From: an uncultured Nitrospiraceae bacterium
Lineage (GTDB): Bacteria > Nitrospirota > Nitrospiria > Nitrospirales > Nitrospiraceae
Reading direction: 5' to 3'
Assembly: GCA_963706325.1 (NCBI GenBank)
Contig: CAVPLT010000005.1
Span: 224,001 to 288,000, forward strand
Length of the DNA stretch: 64,000 nucleotides
The stretch's first letter is position 1. Each line of letters starts with the position of its first letter. The notes beneath the pieces were generated by a model. That model was not told the origin of the DNA, searched no databases, and saw only the letters and a program-made list of their open reading frames with translations. Positions 10,011-20,193 of the stretch are shown here, piece after piece. Both the position numbers and the translations under genes were made by a program.

Positions 10011-10651
10011 CATTGCCGCGCGTGCTGCTGGCAGATGATCACACGCTGGTGTTGGAAGGGTTCCGACGGCTGCTCGATGAGCAGTGCGAGCTGGTTGGAA
10101 CCGTCGGGGACGGGCGCGCGTTGTTAGAGGCCGTTCCGCAGTTGAAACCGGATATCGTCATTCTCGATATTTCGATGCCGGTGCTGAACGGGATCGACGC
10201 GGCTCGTGTCCTGAAAATCAAGTATCCCCACGTCAAAGTCGTCTTTATCACGATGCACGCGGATCCGGCCTATGTCCGGGCGGCGTTCGAGGCCGGTGCT
10301 TCGGCTTATTTGCTCAAGCGTTGCGTGGGCGAAGAATTGGGGCAGGCTATGCGGGCCGTGCGAAGCGGTAATTTCTACGTGACGCCTCTCGTCACGAAGG
10401 AAGTGGTGGAGGGTATGCTGCGCGGGATCGATGGCGGAGCGCCGGCCGGGCCCGAGCTCACGACCCGACAGCGCGAAGTCCTACAGCTTTTGGCAGAGGG
10501 GCATACGGTGAAAGATATCGCCGGTACGTTGAAGATTTCTCCGCGCACGGTCGAATTTCACAAAGGGCAAATCATGGAACAACTCAACCTCCACACCACC
10601 GTTGAACTCGTGAAATATGCTTTGGCGCAAGGATTGACCGGTCAATCCTAA
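10007..10651 (+). CDS. NarL/FixJ-family response regulator
   Basis: LLADDH, ILDISMP receiver; LTTRQREVLQLLAEG LuxR HTH; ATGA overlap with the kinase. Confidence 0.95.
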   Translation: MTLPRVLLADDHTLVLEGFRRLLDEQCELVGTVGDGRALLEAVPQLKPDIVILDISMPVLNGIDAARVLKIKYPHVKVVFITMHADPAYVRAAFEAGASAYLLKRCVGEELGQAMRAVRSGNFYVTPLVTKEVVEGMLRGIDGGAPAGPELTTRQREVLQLLAEGHTVKDIAGTLKISPRTVEFHKGQIMEQLNLHTTVELVKYALAQGLTGQS

Positions 10652-10809
10652 TACCTTCCCAGCCGGTCGGTCCTTTCGACCGTCGATTTGTCTTACCAGT
10701 CATAAAACAAGTATCTTAAAGCGGCGCAGACCCGTGTTGTTACGCGTGTGGTTTTCCCTTCACTTGCCTACGATACACCTCCTTTTTCTAAGCAGTCATT
10801 CGTAGGATT

Positions 10810-11241
10810 ATGGGAAAACACATGCCACGTCCACGGGTTCTCATCGGTGATTCGTCGCGGGCCATGCTGGCCTTTTTGGAAATTCTCTTAGAATCGCAGT
10901 TTGAGGTCATCGCTTCCGAAACGGAGAGCGAAGCGCTCATACTGATTGCAAAAAGTCTGACGCCAGACCTAGTAGTCCTGGATTTTTCACTATCTTTTCT
11001 GGAAGGGCTCTCAGTCGGTCGGCAGCTTCAAGATGCGGTGCCAAGCACGAAGGTAGTGTTTTTTTCGTCCCATGAAGATCCCGCCTATGCCACGGCGGCC
11101 TTCGAGGTGGGGGCTATGGGATATCTCGTGAAACAACACACGGTCGACCTCGGCCATTACCTTGGGCGGGCGCTGCGAGGTGAACGGGTCTGTTGTCCTG
11201 ACCATATCCAAACAAAGGCGGCCGGCAAGAAGAAGAAATGA
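10810..11241 (+). CDS. Single-domain response regulator (receiver only)
   Basis: PDLVVLD, GAMGYLVK; no output domain. Confidence 0.8.
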   Translation: MGKHMPRPRVLIGDSSRAMLAFLEILLESQFEVIASETESEALILIAKSLTPDLVVLDFSLSFLEGLSVGRQLQDAVPSTKVVFFSSHEDPAYATAAFEVGAMGYLVKQHTVDLGHYLGRALRGERVCCPDHIQTKAAGKKKK

Positions 11242-11289
11242 CCAGTGATCAGGAGCGACGAGGCTGTTTCATGCAAGAGGAGACCGACG

Positions 11290-11493
11290 ATGGTTCGAGT
11301 CATACCAATGTGTGGATTATGTCGACGTGTTCGGGACGACGGGTTTCCGGCGAGAGAGGCCACCAGTTGGGTGGATTTTCCCAGCTATCTGACACGGCAT
11401 GTTGTGCCGCAGTCTCAGGTGCAGTTTTCAAGCGACTATTGCGGTGAGTGCCGCCTGTCCTTCGAGATTTTAAAGAGCTATGGGAGTTCGTGA
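11290..11493 (+). CDS. Small Cys4 putative zinc-binding protein
   Basis: IPMCGLCRRVRDD...W...YL....FSSDYCGEC; GAGGAG RBS before ATG 11290. Confidence 0.7.
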   Translation: MVRVIPMCGLCRRVRDDGFPAREATSWVDFPSYLTRHVVPQSQVQFSSDYCGECRLSFEILKSYGSS

Positions 11494-11596
11494 CGTGATC
11501 GAGCTCTCCTGAGGTCGATCGAGCTGCGATGACTTTCGCGAAGGCCTGCGAGGGCGGATTCTTTGTGTGCACCGGGTATGCTACGATCATTCCGTG

Positions 11597-14500
11597 ATGC
11601 CCACCCTGCCGTTCCATCCTATCATTGCCGATTGGTTTGCAACTCGATTCGCCTGCGCCACCGATGTCCAGATGCAGGCATGGCCGGCCATTCAATCTGA
11701 CCGTGATGTCCTGATCGCCGCCCCGACGGGCTCGGGCAAGACCTTAGCCGCCTTTCTCACCTGTATCGATCGACTGTTCCAAAAGGCTGTGAACTGTGAT
11801 TTGCGGGATGAGACCCAGATTCTCTACGTCTCGCCGCTGAAAGCCCTCAGCAACGACGTTCAAAAAAATCTGCAACAGCCGCTTACCGAGATCGGCCAGG
11901 CTGCCTTCGCGGCAGGGCTGTTGTTGCCTGAGCTGCGGGTCGTCGTGCGTACGGGCGATACGCCGATGACCGAACGGCAACAGATGCTCCGGCGTCCGCC
12001 GCATATTCTCATCACCACACCAGAGTCGCTGTTCATTCTCCTGACAGCGGAAAAAAGTCGAGCCATGTTGAAGACGGTGCGCACCGTCATCGTAGATGAA
12101 ATCCATGCCGTCGCTCCCAACAAGCGTGGAGCGCACCTGGCTTTATCGCTGGAGCGCATGGGCGCCCTCACCGGCGGCCTCGTGCAACGAATTGGATTGT
12201 CCGCGACACAGCGACCGATTGAGACCGTGGCGGAATTTCTTGTGGGCCGGCGCCCCTTGCCGCAGGTGATCGATGTCGGTCATCGCCGCGATATGGATCT
12301 GGCCGTCGAGGTGCCGAAAGACGAACTCGGAGCCGTCGCTACCAATGCCATTTGGAGCGATGTCTACGACCGCCTGGCCGAACTGGTCGAATCCCACCGA
12401 TCTACCTTGGTATTTGTGAATACGCGCCGATTGGCGGAGCGGGTGTCGCATTACTTAGAAGAGCGGCTGCGTCATTTGGGGGAAGGGGTGGTGGCCGCGC
12501 ACCACGGCAGCCTGTCGCGCCAGATCCGTCTGTCCGCGGAAGACCGGTTGAAAAATGGGTCTGTGCGTGTCGTGGTCGCGACGGCTTCGCTGGAACTTGG
12601 CATCGATGTGGGGACCGTTGATCTGGCCTGCCAGATCGGATCGCCGCGCTCCATCGCGACATGTCTCCAGCGTATGGGCCGGGCGGGTCATTGGGTGCAC
12701 GCCACCCCGAAAGGCAGGCTCTTCGCGACCACGCGGGATGAATTGATCGAGTGCGCCGCATTGATTCGGTCGATCAGGGCCGGACTATTGGATCGGATCC
12801 AGGTGCCTTCTGCCCCACTGGATGTCTTGTCTCAACAGATCGTCGCCGCAGCCGCCACCCAATCATGGGATGAAACAGAGCTGTTCGACCTCGTCCGCCA
12901 GGCCATGCCCTATCGGGATGTGACTCGAGAGACGTTCGATGCCGTCGTCAGGATGCTGGCGGAGGGGTTTGTGACCAGTCGCGGGCGCGGCCGGGCCTAT
13001 CTCCACCATGACCGCATCAATCATCAGATCCGCGGCCGGCGGGGGGCGCGATTGGCGGGACTCACCTCCGGTGGAGCGATTCCCGACACAGCGAACTACG
13101 TCGTTATCGCGGAACCGGACGGGACGGTCGTGGGGTCGGTGGATGAAGATTTTGCCGTCGAGAGTCTGGCAGGGGACATCATTCTTCTCGGCAATACCTC
13201 CTGGCGGATCAGAGGAGTCGAAACGGGCAAGATGCGTGTGGAGGATGCGCAGGGGGCTCCGCCGACCATTCCATTTTGGCGCGGAGAAGGGCCCTCCCGT
13301 ACGGCGGATTTGTCCGCTGAGGTGGCCCATCTGAAAGCGGATATTGATCGTCGACTCAGTGCTGACTCAGTATCCCAGACGCCGTACGCTCCACCGGTGC
13401 AGTGGCTGAAACAGGAATGCAGTCTGGACCAGCGTGGGGCACAGCAGGCCGTGGAGTATGTGCTGGCGGGCAAGGCCGTGTTAGGCACGGTCCCGACGCA
13501 ACAGACCATGGTGGCGGAGCGATTCTTCGATGAAAGCGGCGGGATGCAATTGGTCATCCATGCGCCGTTCGGCGGCCGGGTGAATCGGGCCTGGGGACTG
13601 GCACTTCGAAAACGGTTTTGCGTGACCTTCGATTTCGAATTACAGGCGGCGGCGACGGACGAAGGTATTGTGTTATCCCTGGGTGAACGGCACAGTTTTC
13701 CGCTGGATACGGTTTTTGCGTTCCTGAACCCCAAGACAGTCCAGGAGGTGCTGACCCAGGCGGTGCTGCAGGCGCCGATGTTCATGACGCGCTGGCGGTG
13801 GAACGCCACGCGAGCCTTGGCCCTGTTGAGGTTTGTCGGCGGCAAACGAGTGGCCCCGCAGATTCAGCGCATGCGGGCCGAGGATTTGCTGGCGGCCGTC
13901 TTCCCGGATGCGCTCGCCTGCCAGGACAATTTTCATGGGGAGCGGACGGCACGACAGATACCGGATCATCCGCTCGCGCAGGAGACGATCCGAGATTGTC
14001 TTACCGAAGCCATGGACGTCGAAGGCTTGATCACGGTGCTGGAGAAAATCGAATCGGGTGCGATCGCCTGTGTGGCCGTCGATACGCCTATGCCGTCCGC
14101 GTTCTGCCATGAAATTTTGAATGCCAATCCCTACGCCTATCTCGACGATGCCCCCTTGGAAGAACGCCGGGCACGGGCCGTGGAAATGCGTCGCACCTTG
14201 CCCCCTGAATTGGCGGGCGGGATGGGCGCGTTGGACCAATCGGCGATCGACCAGGTCATCGAGGAATCCTGGCCGGTCGTGCGCGATGCCGATGAATTCC
14301 ATGACGCACTCCTGTCATTAGGGTGGGTGCCATGCGATCACATGCCCGAGTGGAAGCAGTGGGTGCCGGTGCTGACCGCCGCCGGCCGGCTGGTCACGGT
14401 GTGGCGTGCCGACAGCCAACTGGGCTGGGCGCCTGCCGAATATCATCATCTTGTTCAGTTGTTGTTTCCCGATGACCGGATCGATCCAGCTCATTCCGCT

Positions 14501-15913
14501 GCGCTGCCGGCCGAATCCCTGGAACGTGAAGAGGCGTTCGATCGGGTGGTACTAGGCTGGATGGAATGTATCGGGCCGACGACAGCCGCAGAGCTCTCAC
14601 AGGCCCTGCATCTCTCTGACCGAGACATCCAAGCGACGTTTCTCAGACTCGAAGCCCAGGGGCATGTCCTACGGGGCCGCTTCCGTCCTGACGGACCAAC
14701 TGAACATGTCGGCGAAGCGGCTGTGACGGAATGGTGTCACAGGCGGCTGTTGGCCAGAATTCATCGCCTGACGATCGGCCGGCTGCGGAAGGAGATTGAA
14801 CCGGTTTCCGCCGCGGAATACATGCGGTTCCTGTTTCAATGGCAACATGCTTCGCCTGGGGCGCGACTGCATGGCGAGGTCGGCCTGCTTGAAGTGGTCA
14901 AGCAACTCGGGGGATTTGAAGCCGCCGCATCCGCGTGGGAACCCCACATCCTGCGGATTCGATTGGCCAAGTATGCGCCGGAATGGCTTGATCGGCTCTG
15001 TCTGAGCGGAGCAGTGATGTGGGGTCGTTTGACGCCGCATCCCAGGCTTATGCAGGAGTTGAGTCCGCTGCCAGGACGCCGGGTCGTGCCGACCAGAGTG
15101 GCCCCGGTGAGTGTGTTTGCGCGCGAGGATGCCCCGGCGTTGCTGGCTGCCGCTGGCGAAGGCATGCAGCACATGGATATTCATGCCCGCCTCGGCGCAT
15201 CGGCCCAAGCGGTTCGCCGCGGGTTGCAGGAGCGAGGGGCGAGTTTTTTCAGCGAGATGTTGCAGGTGACTCGCCTGTTGGCGTCGGAAGTCGAAGACGG
15301 GCTGTGGGAATTGGTGGCGGCGGGCTTGGTGACGGCTGACGGATTCGACAATCTGCGCGCGCTCATCGATCCACGGCGGCGGCGGGCGGAGGGGCAGGGA
15401 CGGAGTTGCCGCCCGCGCCACGTCGGCGGGCGCTGGTCGCTGTTGCGGACAGGCCAAGCGTCCGGTTCTGTGCAGGGAGCCGAGCAAACTGAAATTCTTG
15501 CCCGTCGATTGTTGCAGCGGTACGGCGTCGTGTTCCGCGACCTCTTGGCGCGCGAGTCGGTAGTGTCGTCCTGGCGGGATTTGCTGGTCTGTTACCGGCG
15601 TATGGAATCGAGGGGAGAACTACGCGGCGGCCGGTTTGTCGCTGGTTTTACCGGTGAGCAGTTTGCATTACCTGACGCGCTGGAAGCACTGCGCGCGCTC
15701 AAGAAACGGCCGGAGAGTCATGAGGAGATTAAAATTTCAGCCGCCGATCCGTTGAACCTCGCCGGGGTGATTCTACCGGGGCCTCGCATCGCCGCCGTGC
15801 CGTCGAACTTCGTGGTGTTTCGGGACGGCATGGTGGTTCGTACGGTGACGAGCCGAGAAACGACCGAGCGTCAACCGCCGTCGGTGGTTGCCGTCGTCCA
15901 AGTCCGAGGTTAG
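11597..15913 (+). CDS. lhr: Lhr-like DEAD/DEAH-box helicase (long form)
   Basis: APTGSGKT, TTPESL, DEIH, GLSAT, HHGSLS, SLELGID, QRMGRAGH; C-terminal RYGVVFR / RGGRFVAGFTGEQFA; start inferred at 11597. Confidence 0.9.
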   Translation: MPTLPFHPIIADWFATRFACATDVQMQAWPAIQSDRDVLIAAPTGSGKTLAAFLTCIDRLFQKAVNCDLRDETQILYVSPLKALSNDVQKNLQQPLTEIGQAAFAAGLLLPELRVVVRTGDTPMTERQQMLRRPPHILITTPESLFILLTAEKSRAMLKTVRTVIVDEIHAVAPNKRGAHLALSLERMGALTGGLVQRIGLSATQRPIETVAEFLVGRRPLPQVIDVGHRRDMDLAVEVPKDELGAVATNAIWSDVYDRLAELVESHRSTLVFVNTRRLAERVSHYLEERLRHLGEGVVAAHHGSLSRQIRLSAEDRLKNGSVRVVVATASLELGIDVGTVDLACQIGSPRSIATCLQRMGRAGHWVHATPKGRLFATTRDELIECAALIRSIRAGLLDRIQVPSAPLDVLSQQIVAAAATQSWDETELFDLVRQAMPYRDVTRETFDAVVRMLAEGFVTSRGRGRAYLHHDRINHQIRGRRGARLAGLTSGGAIPDTANYVVIAEPDGTVVGSVDEDFAVESLAGDIILLGNTSWRIRGVETGKMRVEDAQGAPPTIPFWRGEGPSRTADLSAEVAHLKADIDRRLSADSVSQTPYAPPVQWLKQECSLDQRGAQQAVEYVLAGKAVLGTVPTQQTMVAERFFDESGGMQLVIHAPFGGRVNRAWGLALRKRFCVTFDFELQAAATDEGIVLSLGERHSFPLDTVFAFLNPKTVQEVLTQAVLQAPMFMTRWRWNATRALALLRFVGGKRVAPQIQRMRAEDLLAAVFPDALACQDNFHGERTARQIPDHPLAQETIRDCLTEAMDVEGLITVLEKIESGAIACVAVDTPMPSAFCHEILNANPYAYLDDAPLEERRARAVEMRRTLPPELAGGMGALDQSAIDQVIEESWPVVRDADEFHDALLSLGWVPCDHMPEWKQWVPVLTAAGRLVTVWRADSQLGWAPAEYHHLVQLLFPDDRIDPAHSAALPAESLEREEAFDRVVLGWMECIGPTTAAELSQALHLSDRDIQATFLRLEAQGHVLRGRFRPDGPTEHVGEAAVTEWCHRRLLARIHRLTIGRLRKEIEPVSAAEYMRFLFQWQHASPGARLHGEVGLLEVVKQLGGFEAAASAWEPHILRIRLAKYAPEWLDRLCLSGAVMWGRLTPHPRLMQELSPLPGRRVVPTRVAPVSVFAREDAPALLAAAGEGMQHMDIHARLGASAQAVRRGLQERGASFFSEMLQVTRLLASEVEDGLWELVAAGLVTADGFDNLRALIDPRRRRAEGQGRSCRPRHVGGRWSLLRTGQASGSVQGAEQTEILARRLLQRYGVVFRDLLARESVVSSWRDLLVCYRRMESRGELRGGRFVAGFTGEQFALPDALEALRALKKRPESHEEIKISAADPLNLAGVILPGPRIAAVPSNFVVFRDGMVVRTVTSRETTERQPPSVVAVVQVRG

Positions 15914-15971
15914 CGAGCGCTTGGATCGAGACATCTCGCCGTCTGTACCCTGGCAAGCCGGAGAGCAAGGC

Positions 15972-16826
15972 TCAGATGAGCTGGGCAGGAATCGCCAGCA
16001 GCGGACAACGCGCTCCTCGCAGGACACGTTCGGTCGTGCTGCCGCGCAAAAGGTCTAACACGCTGTCTTGTCCCTTGGTCGTCATCACGATCAAATCCAC
16101 GTCGAATTCCGCGCCTGCAGCCAGAATCCATTCCACCGGGTCGCCTTGGCCGAAGAGTTGATTCCACGACCAGTCGGCTCTCTGCGGCATGATTAAGTTC
16201 TCTATTCCGGTTTGCTCACCGGCGTGGACGAGCGTCAGGGTGATGGGTGGAACGCCGAGTTTTGAAATGAGCGAGCTCGCCGCATCGACGGCCGGCTGGG
16301 AGGGCGGGTCGAGCGAAATGGGCAACAACAAGCGGCGCAGCGAGGTCTCGCCGGTTTTGAGGGAGACGAACCCTTCCACGTGCGAAGGCACGAACAATGT
16401 CATGACTTCCATCTCGCGCGAAACCGGTTCTGCCACTGATTCGTGCAGCCAACGGGTCACGCCCTCGTGCTGGTGGGTCGCTAACACCATCAGATCGGTT
16501 GGCGAGGTGGTGAGATGGTGGATGATGGCCTGTTTGGGATCGGCGGCCAAGGCCCGAACTTTTTTGATGCCGATCCCCAGGCGCGCCACGTCGCTCTTGG
16601 CGCTGGATTCCGGCAGAAGTCCCCAGGAAGCCAGCGTGGGACGGATCCGTGGGAAGTCTTCGAAGCCTTCCGGAGCTACGGTGGGATCCACATGCATGAT
16701 CGTGAGTTCGGCCCGGTGAACCAAGGCGAGCTTGAGAGCATGGGCGAAGGCCACGTGACTGTCATGAGAGAAATCAGTGGGATGAAAAATGCGCTGAATG
16801 GGCCGAGACGCGAGCGTTGCGATCAT
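15972..16826 (-). CDS. Universal stress protein (tandem USP domains)
   Basis: HPTDFS, DLMVLAT, DLIVMTTKG, GSTTERVLRGARCPLL. Confidence 0.9.
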   Translation of the reverse strand: MIATLASRPIQRIFHPTDFSHDSHVAFAHALKLALVHRAELTIMHVDPTVAPEGFEDFPRIRPTLASWGLLPESSAKSDVARLGIGIKKVRALAADPKQAIIHHLTTSPTDLMVLATHQHEGVTRWLHESVAEPVSREMEVMTLFVPSHVEGFVSLKTGETSLRRLLLPISLDPPSQPAVDAASSLISKLGVPPITLTLVHAGEQTGIENLIMPQRADWSWNQLFGQGDPVEWILAAGAEFDVDLIVMTTKGQDSVLDLLRGSTTERVLRGARCPLLAIPAQLI

Positions 16827-16889
16827 ATCGATATGAATTCCCGGTCAGGTGCCGATATCAGGTGTCGGTGCATGCCGACTAGCCGGCGG

Positions 16890-17276
16890 TCAGCGCGCTG
16901 TGCGCACACGGTTCATGAGCTCGTCGATTGAAGTACTGCCGGAGCGACTCCATCGGCTGTAGGTGTCCTGCGCGAATTGCTTAAAGGAAGAGGCCTTGGA
17001 GTCGGCCATGAGTGTATCCAGGGACGCCAAATATTCTCCCTGCCCGCGGGCCAGGTCCTCTTCCAAGTTCTGGGCATTGTAGGCAGTAAAGGCAGCGACT
17101 TTATGTTCCGGTTTCAATAGGCCATCTTCGTTCCACCAGACACGTCCCGAGGTCGTGCCGGTGATATTGGATGTCGTATCAGTCGTTTCCTTAAAGGTGG
17201 CTTTGGTGGAGCAGGCTGAGAGCAGTAACATGCATGACAAGCCGCCGAGCGTCAGAAAAATTGGACGAGCGTGCAT
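16890..17276 (-). CDS. Lipoprotein, DUF3015-like
   Basis: AAGGAG RBS; lipobox LLLSAC; NLEEDLARGQGEYLASL motif. Confidence 0.7.
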   Translation of the reverse strand: MHARPIFLTLGGLSCMLLLSACSTKATFKETTDTTSNITGTTSGRVWWNEDGLLKPEHKVAAFTAYNAQNLEEDLARGQGEYLASLDTLMADSKASSFKQFAQDTYSRWSRSGSTSIDELMNRVRTAR

Positions 17277-17573
17277 GTGTGAGGCTCCTTGCATGGGCGA
17301 AAGTGAAATCGGCGATCTCGCGCGACTATACCATAAGCACCGAAAAAATTGAGCCTGGGGAGATACCGAGTCTAAAGGCTGGACGTTTGTCGAGGTCCTT
17401 CTGGAAGGTTGTAGGCCTGGCACGGGCATTCGAGAAACAGAGGGCGACGATTGACAATCGTTCAAGGCCTGCGCACAATCGGCGAATCTTAGCGGACAAC
17501 GCGAGACAAGCGTCTGTGGGCAGTGGAAATCGCATTGGGACCAGACTTGTATTGTAGGTAGGGAGGTCGGAGT

Positions 17574-18014
17574 ATGAAATGTGTAGCGCTGTTTTGCATC
17601 GTGGTGGGCGTGAGCGCATGGAGTACGGCGGTGCGCGCGGAGTCGGTTCCTCTAAAGCCGGGTGAGTACCAGATTGCAGCGGTCACAGAGGCCAGTAATG
17701 GAGAGGCGGGCAAACCGGACATCCATACCCGTTGCGTAAAGGACGAACACCTGGCCAACCCGGATGCCGTCTTTAATAATTATGTGACGAACGGATTCAA
17801 ACTCAAGCCGTCGAACAAGGTCATGAACGTGTCCGTCCACGATGGCAAGGTTAGTTATGACATCGAGGGACCCCATGCGTTCACCCGTGTAGAAGGCACC
17901 GTATCCGGTACCACGTTCTCTGTGGTCCGCAAGGCAAAACCCATCTCTGGGGCAGGCCTGTTGGTCACGATGAAAATCGACGGGAAACGCACCGGAGAGT
18001 GCGCGAGCAAGTAG
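17574..18014 (+). CDS. Exported protein, DUF3617-like
   Basis: GGAG RBS; signal peptide; LKPGEYQI start; GKRTGEC end. Confidence 0.65.
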   Translation: MKCVALFCIVVGVSAWSTAVRAESVPLKPGEYQIAAVTEASNGEAGKPDIHTRCVKDEHLANPDAVFNNYVTNGFKLKPSNKVMNVSVHDGKVSYDIEGPHAFTRVEGTVSGTTFSVVRKAKPISGAGLLVTMKIDGKRTGECASK

Positions 18015-18063
18015 TGAACGCGCGAATGTGGCGAGGTTGCCCGCCGCATCTCCCATGCGTGAT

Positions 18064-18083
18064 GAGGCCGGGTCTTCGGCCTC
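18064..18083. terminator. GC hairpin, possible terminator
   Basis: GAGGCCG-ggtctt-CGGCCTC followed by a 12-bp direct repeat TGTCTCCTTGCC (18085-18096, 18100-18111); no clear U-tract. Confidence 0.35.
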
Positions 18084-18114
18084 CTGTCTCCTTGCCGCGT
18101 GTCTCCTTGCCTCG

Positions 18115-18439
18115 CTAGTTCACCCACAATCGCTGATACCAGACCTTCTCTTCGCCGAGCGTGCCTGACGCGATGACCATGGCTTTACGAATGTCACCGA
18201 TATGCTACCGTCAGTGATGCCAGCGTATGGGTTTCCCGCCTGTAGCGTACGCGTATCTGTTGCCGATAGGCGGTCGCGGCGGCGCAGTCGTCCGTTCCGG
18301 GTCCCAGGGTGCCAAAGGCGTAGCGCGCCTGGAATTGCCGCGGTCCGACGTTTTTTTGAGCATAAGGTCTCCAGGGAAATCTGCCGCATTGTAATGGGAC
18401 ATGCAGCCTAGTGAGGAACTCATTCTGCGCGGCTCCCAT
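18115..18439 (-). pseudogene. Multi-frameshifted C-terminal remnant of a DUF2330-like gene
   Basis: Fragments in different frames join into FLTRLHV / YNAADFPGDLM..TSDRGN / FQARY / AATAYRQQIR...TLASLT / DIRKAM...VWYQRLWVN*. Confidence 0.65.
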
Positions 18440-18650
18440 GCCCTTGCTTGTCCGGCAGTGCCCCTTGCCAGAGGAGGCCGAGCTCACGCAGACAACCGAT
18501 CGGCTTCAGGGATGAAAACTGTCAATCCTTCGATAGGCTCTTAGCCTCTATAGTGATTCTAAAATCGACGAAGGCGGCAAGGGCTTTGGTTAGTTCACTT
18601 GCCTGAAGCATTTCGAGAACCTCTGTCGCGCAGCAATAGCTAGGTCAAGA

Positions 18651-19064
18651 GTGGACTCATTGGTACCCCTCATGTTTGTTCTGGCCCCGCTGCCTGGCTT
18701 GGCAGTAGGGATCTGGCTGCGTACTCGTCTCCGCCAGTGGCGGTGGCCGCTGCTCGTGCCTGCTTCAGGTTTCCTGGCTGTTGGTTTGGCGCTAGCGGGG
18801 CTCATGGCTTATCCTGGACCGGACACACGCTATGCGATAGGAACTTTTCCTTGGGTCGTTCGCAATTGGCTCGTCATTCCCGCAGGCCTGATGGCTTTGG
18901 CTTGGCCATCATTGGTTGCATTGGTGATCGTGCGCTTCATGCCGCTGACATTGCCTATTTGGAGAGTGTCGCTCATGGCGGTTCTTGCAGGCTACCTCTG
19001 TCTGTTAGCGGCTATGCTGGTGTTGCTCGTTATCAGTTGCGGTCTTACCGGGGATTGTGGCTAG
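18651..19064 (+). CDS. Hypothetical membrane protein (about 4 TM)
   Basis: Hydrophobic ORF; no recognised family. Confidence 0.5.
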   Translation: MDSLVPLMFVLAPLPGLAVGIWLRTRLRQWRWPLLVPASGFLAVGLALAGLMAYPGPDTRYAIGTFPWVVRNWLVIPAGLMALAWPSLVALVIVRFMPLTLPIWRVSLMAVLAGYLCLLAAMLVLLVISCGLTGDCG

Positions 19065-19244
19065 AGATGAGACGTCTTCAATGGCCGTTCCGTTAGCTTT
19101 GCGTCCTCCGTCGGCAGAGTGTCCGGCGATAAAAATTTGAAGAATCGGCTATGTGAAGAGGTGACGATACACAACGTACCACCTTCACTGGACCCAGAAA
19201 TGTTCCCGACGAGAGAACGACGCCGTGGGAAGTAACGCCTGATC

Positions 19245-19655
19245 ATGATTCGCCTTAAAAGGATCTCGCATTGTATCTATGGCATTGTCTTCATGGCAGC
19301 CGGAACCAACCACTTCCTAAACCCACCGTTTTATGTGAGCATCATGCCGCCATACCTGCCTTGGCAGGAGGCACTGGTGTACCTGAGCGGCGTTGCAGAA
19401 ATCGGATTGGGAGGATTACTGCTGTTCGAACGCTGGTCCAGGTTGGCCGCTTGGGGACTCACCGCCTTATTGATCGCGGTGTTTCCGGCGAATGTTCACA
19501 TGGCCATGCATCATGAAGAATACCAGTGGGCGTCGCCGCTTGTCCTCTGGCTGCGCCTTCCGCTACAAGGCCTTTTGATCCTCTGGGCCTACTGGTATAC
19601 CGGAATGGATCGCTCAAACAAGCATTTGCGCCAACAAGGTTTGCTGCATGAATAA
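19245..19655 (+). CDS. DoxX-family membrane protein
   Basis: AGTNHF..P..Y..IMPPYLP, SGVAEI, AVFPANVHMA, LWLRLPLQ. Confidence 0.85.
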   Translation: MIRLKRISHCIYGIVFMAAGTNHFLNPPFYVSIMPPYLPWQEALVYLSGVAEIGLGGLLLFERWSRLAAWGLTALLIAVFPANVHMAMHHEEYQWASPLVLWLRLPLQGLLILWAYWYTGMDRSNKHLRQQGLLHE

Positions 19656-20064
19656 ATCACGCGCCCAGCTGTTTCGCCTGGTTCTGACAATCGGGTTGAT
19701 CCTCACCGGTTGCTCCGAGCAATCGGCTCCGCCCGAGCCAGCTCCTCAAGCGCCGGCGGCATCCTCCCCTGGCTTCATCAATATTGTGTGGAAGGTGAGT
19801 GAGTCGCCCAGCGTCGCGCCGGGGACCTTATATGTCTTTCTGTCCGACGGCACCTTGCTCGTGGCCTCTCCACACGGAAAACCGGCAGTGGGAACCTGGA
19901 GAGACGCCGGAGGAATTCTGACAATGGTCGAAGAAGGCGTTCCGTACCAGGTGGATGTCTTGAATGTCAGTCATGATGAATTTAGGATCCGGAGCCACAA
20001 TCCTGGTAAGCCGGCGGAGATTACGTTCGTGCCGGCTGAGAAGCCTTCTCGCGAGAACCAATGA
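19648..20064 (+). CDS. Hypothetical lipoprotein
   Basis: Lipobox ILTGC; Pro/Ala linker; beta-rich domain. Confidence 0.7.
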   Translation: MNKSRAQLFRLVLTIGLILTGCSEQSAPPEPAPQAPAASSPGFINIVWKVSESPSVAPGTLYVFLSDGTLLVASPHGKPAVGTWRDAGGILTMVEEGVPYQVDVLNVSHDEFRIRSHNPGKPAEITFVPAEKPSRENQ

Positions 20065-20193
20065 GGGCGAAACCTGCCTGAAGAGATGCATCGGTCTCTC
20101 AATGCGCGACGCGCGTATACTCTGAAAGGGCACGTCGAAGGCGCGAGAAGAAACTTTCCTCCGCCCAACCGGACCTAACTCAAGGCGGCAGCG

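Noticed and set aside
11239..11241. Selenocysteine recoding of the TGA
   Set aside because: The position follows a poly-Lys tail rather than a catalytic Cys site, and I see no convincing SECIS hairpin
17418..17433. Sigma54 promoter at CTGGCACGGGCATTCG
   Set aside because: The -24 half is good but the -12 position reads CG rather than GC
19065..19244. Gene remnant ending ...EEVTIHNVPPSLDPEMFPTRERRRGK*
   Set aside because: No start codon and no family I can recognise
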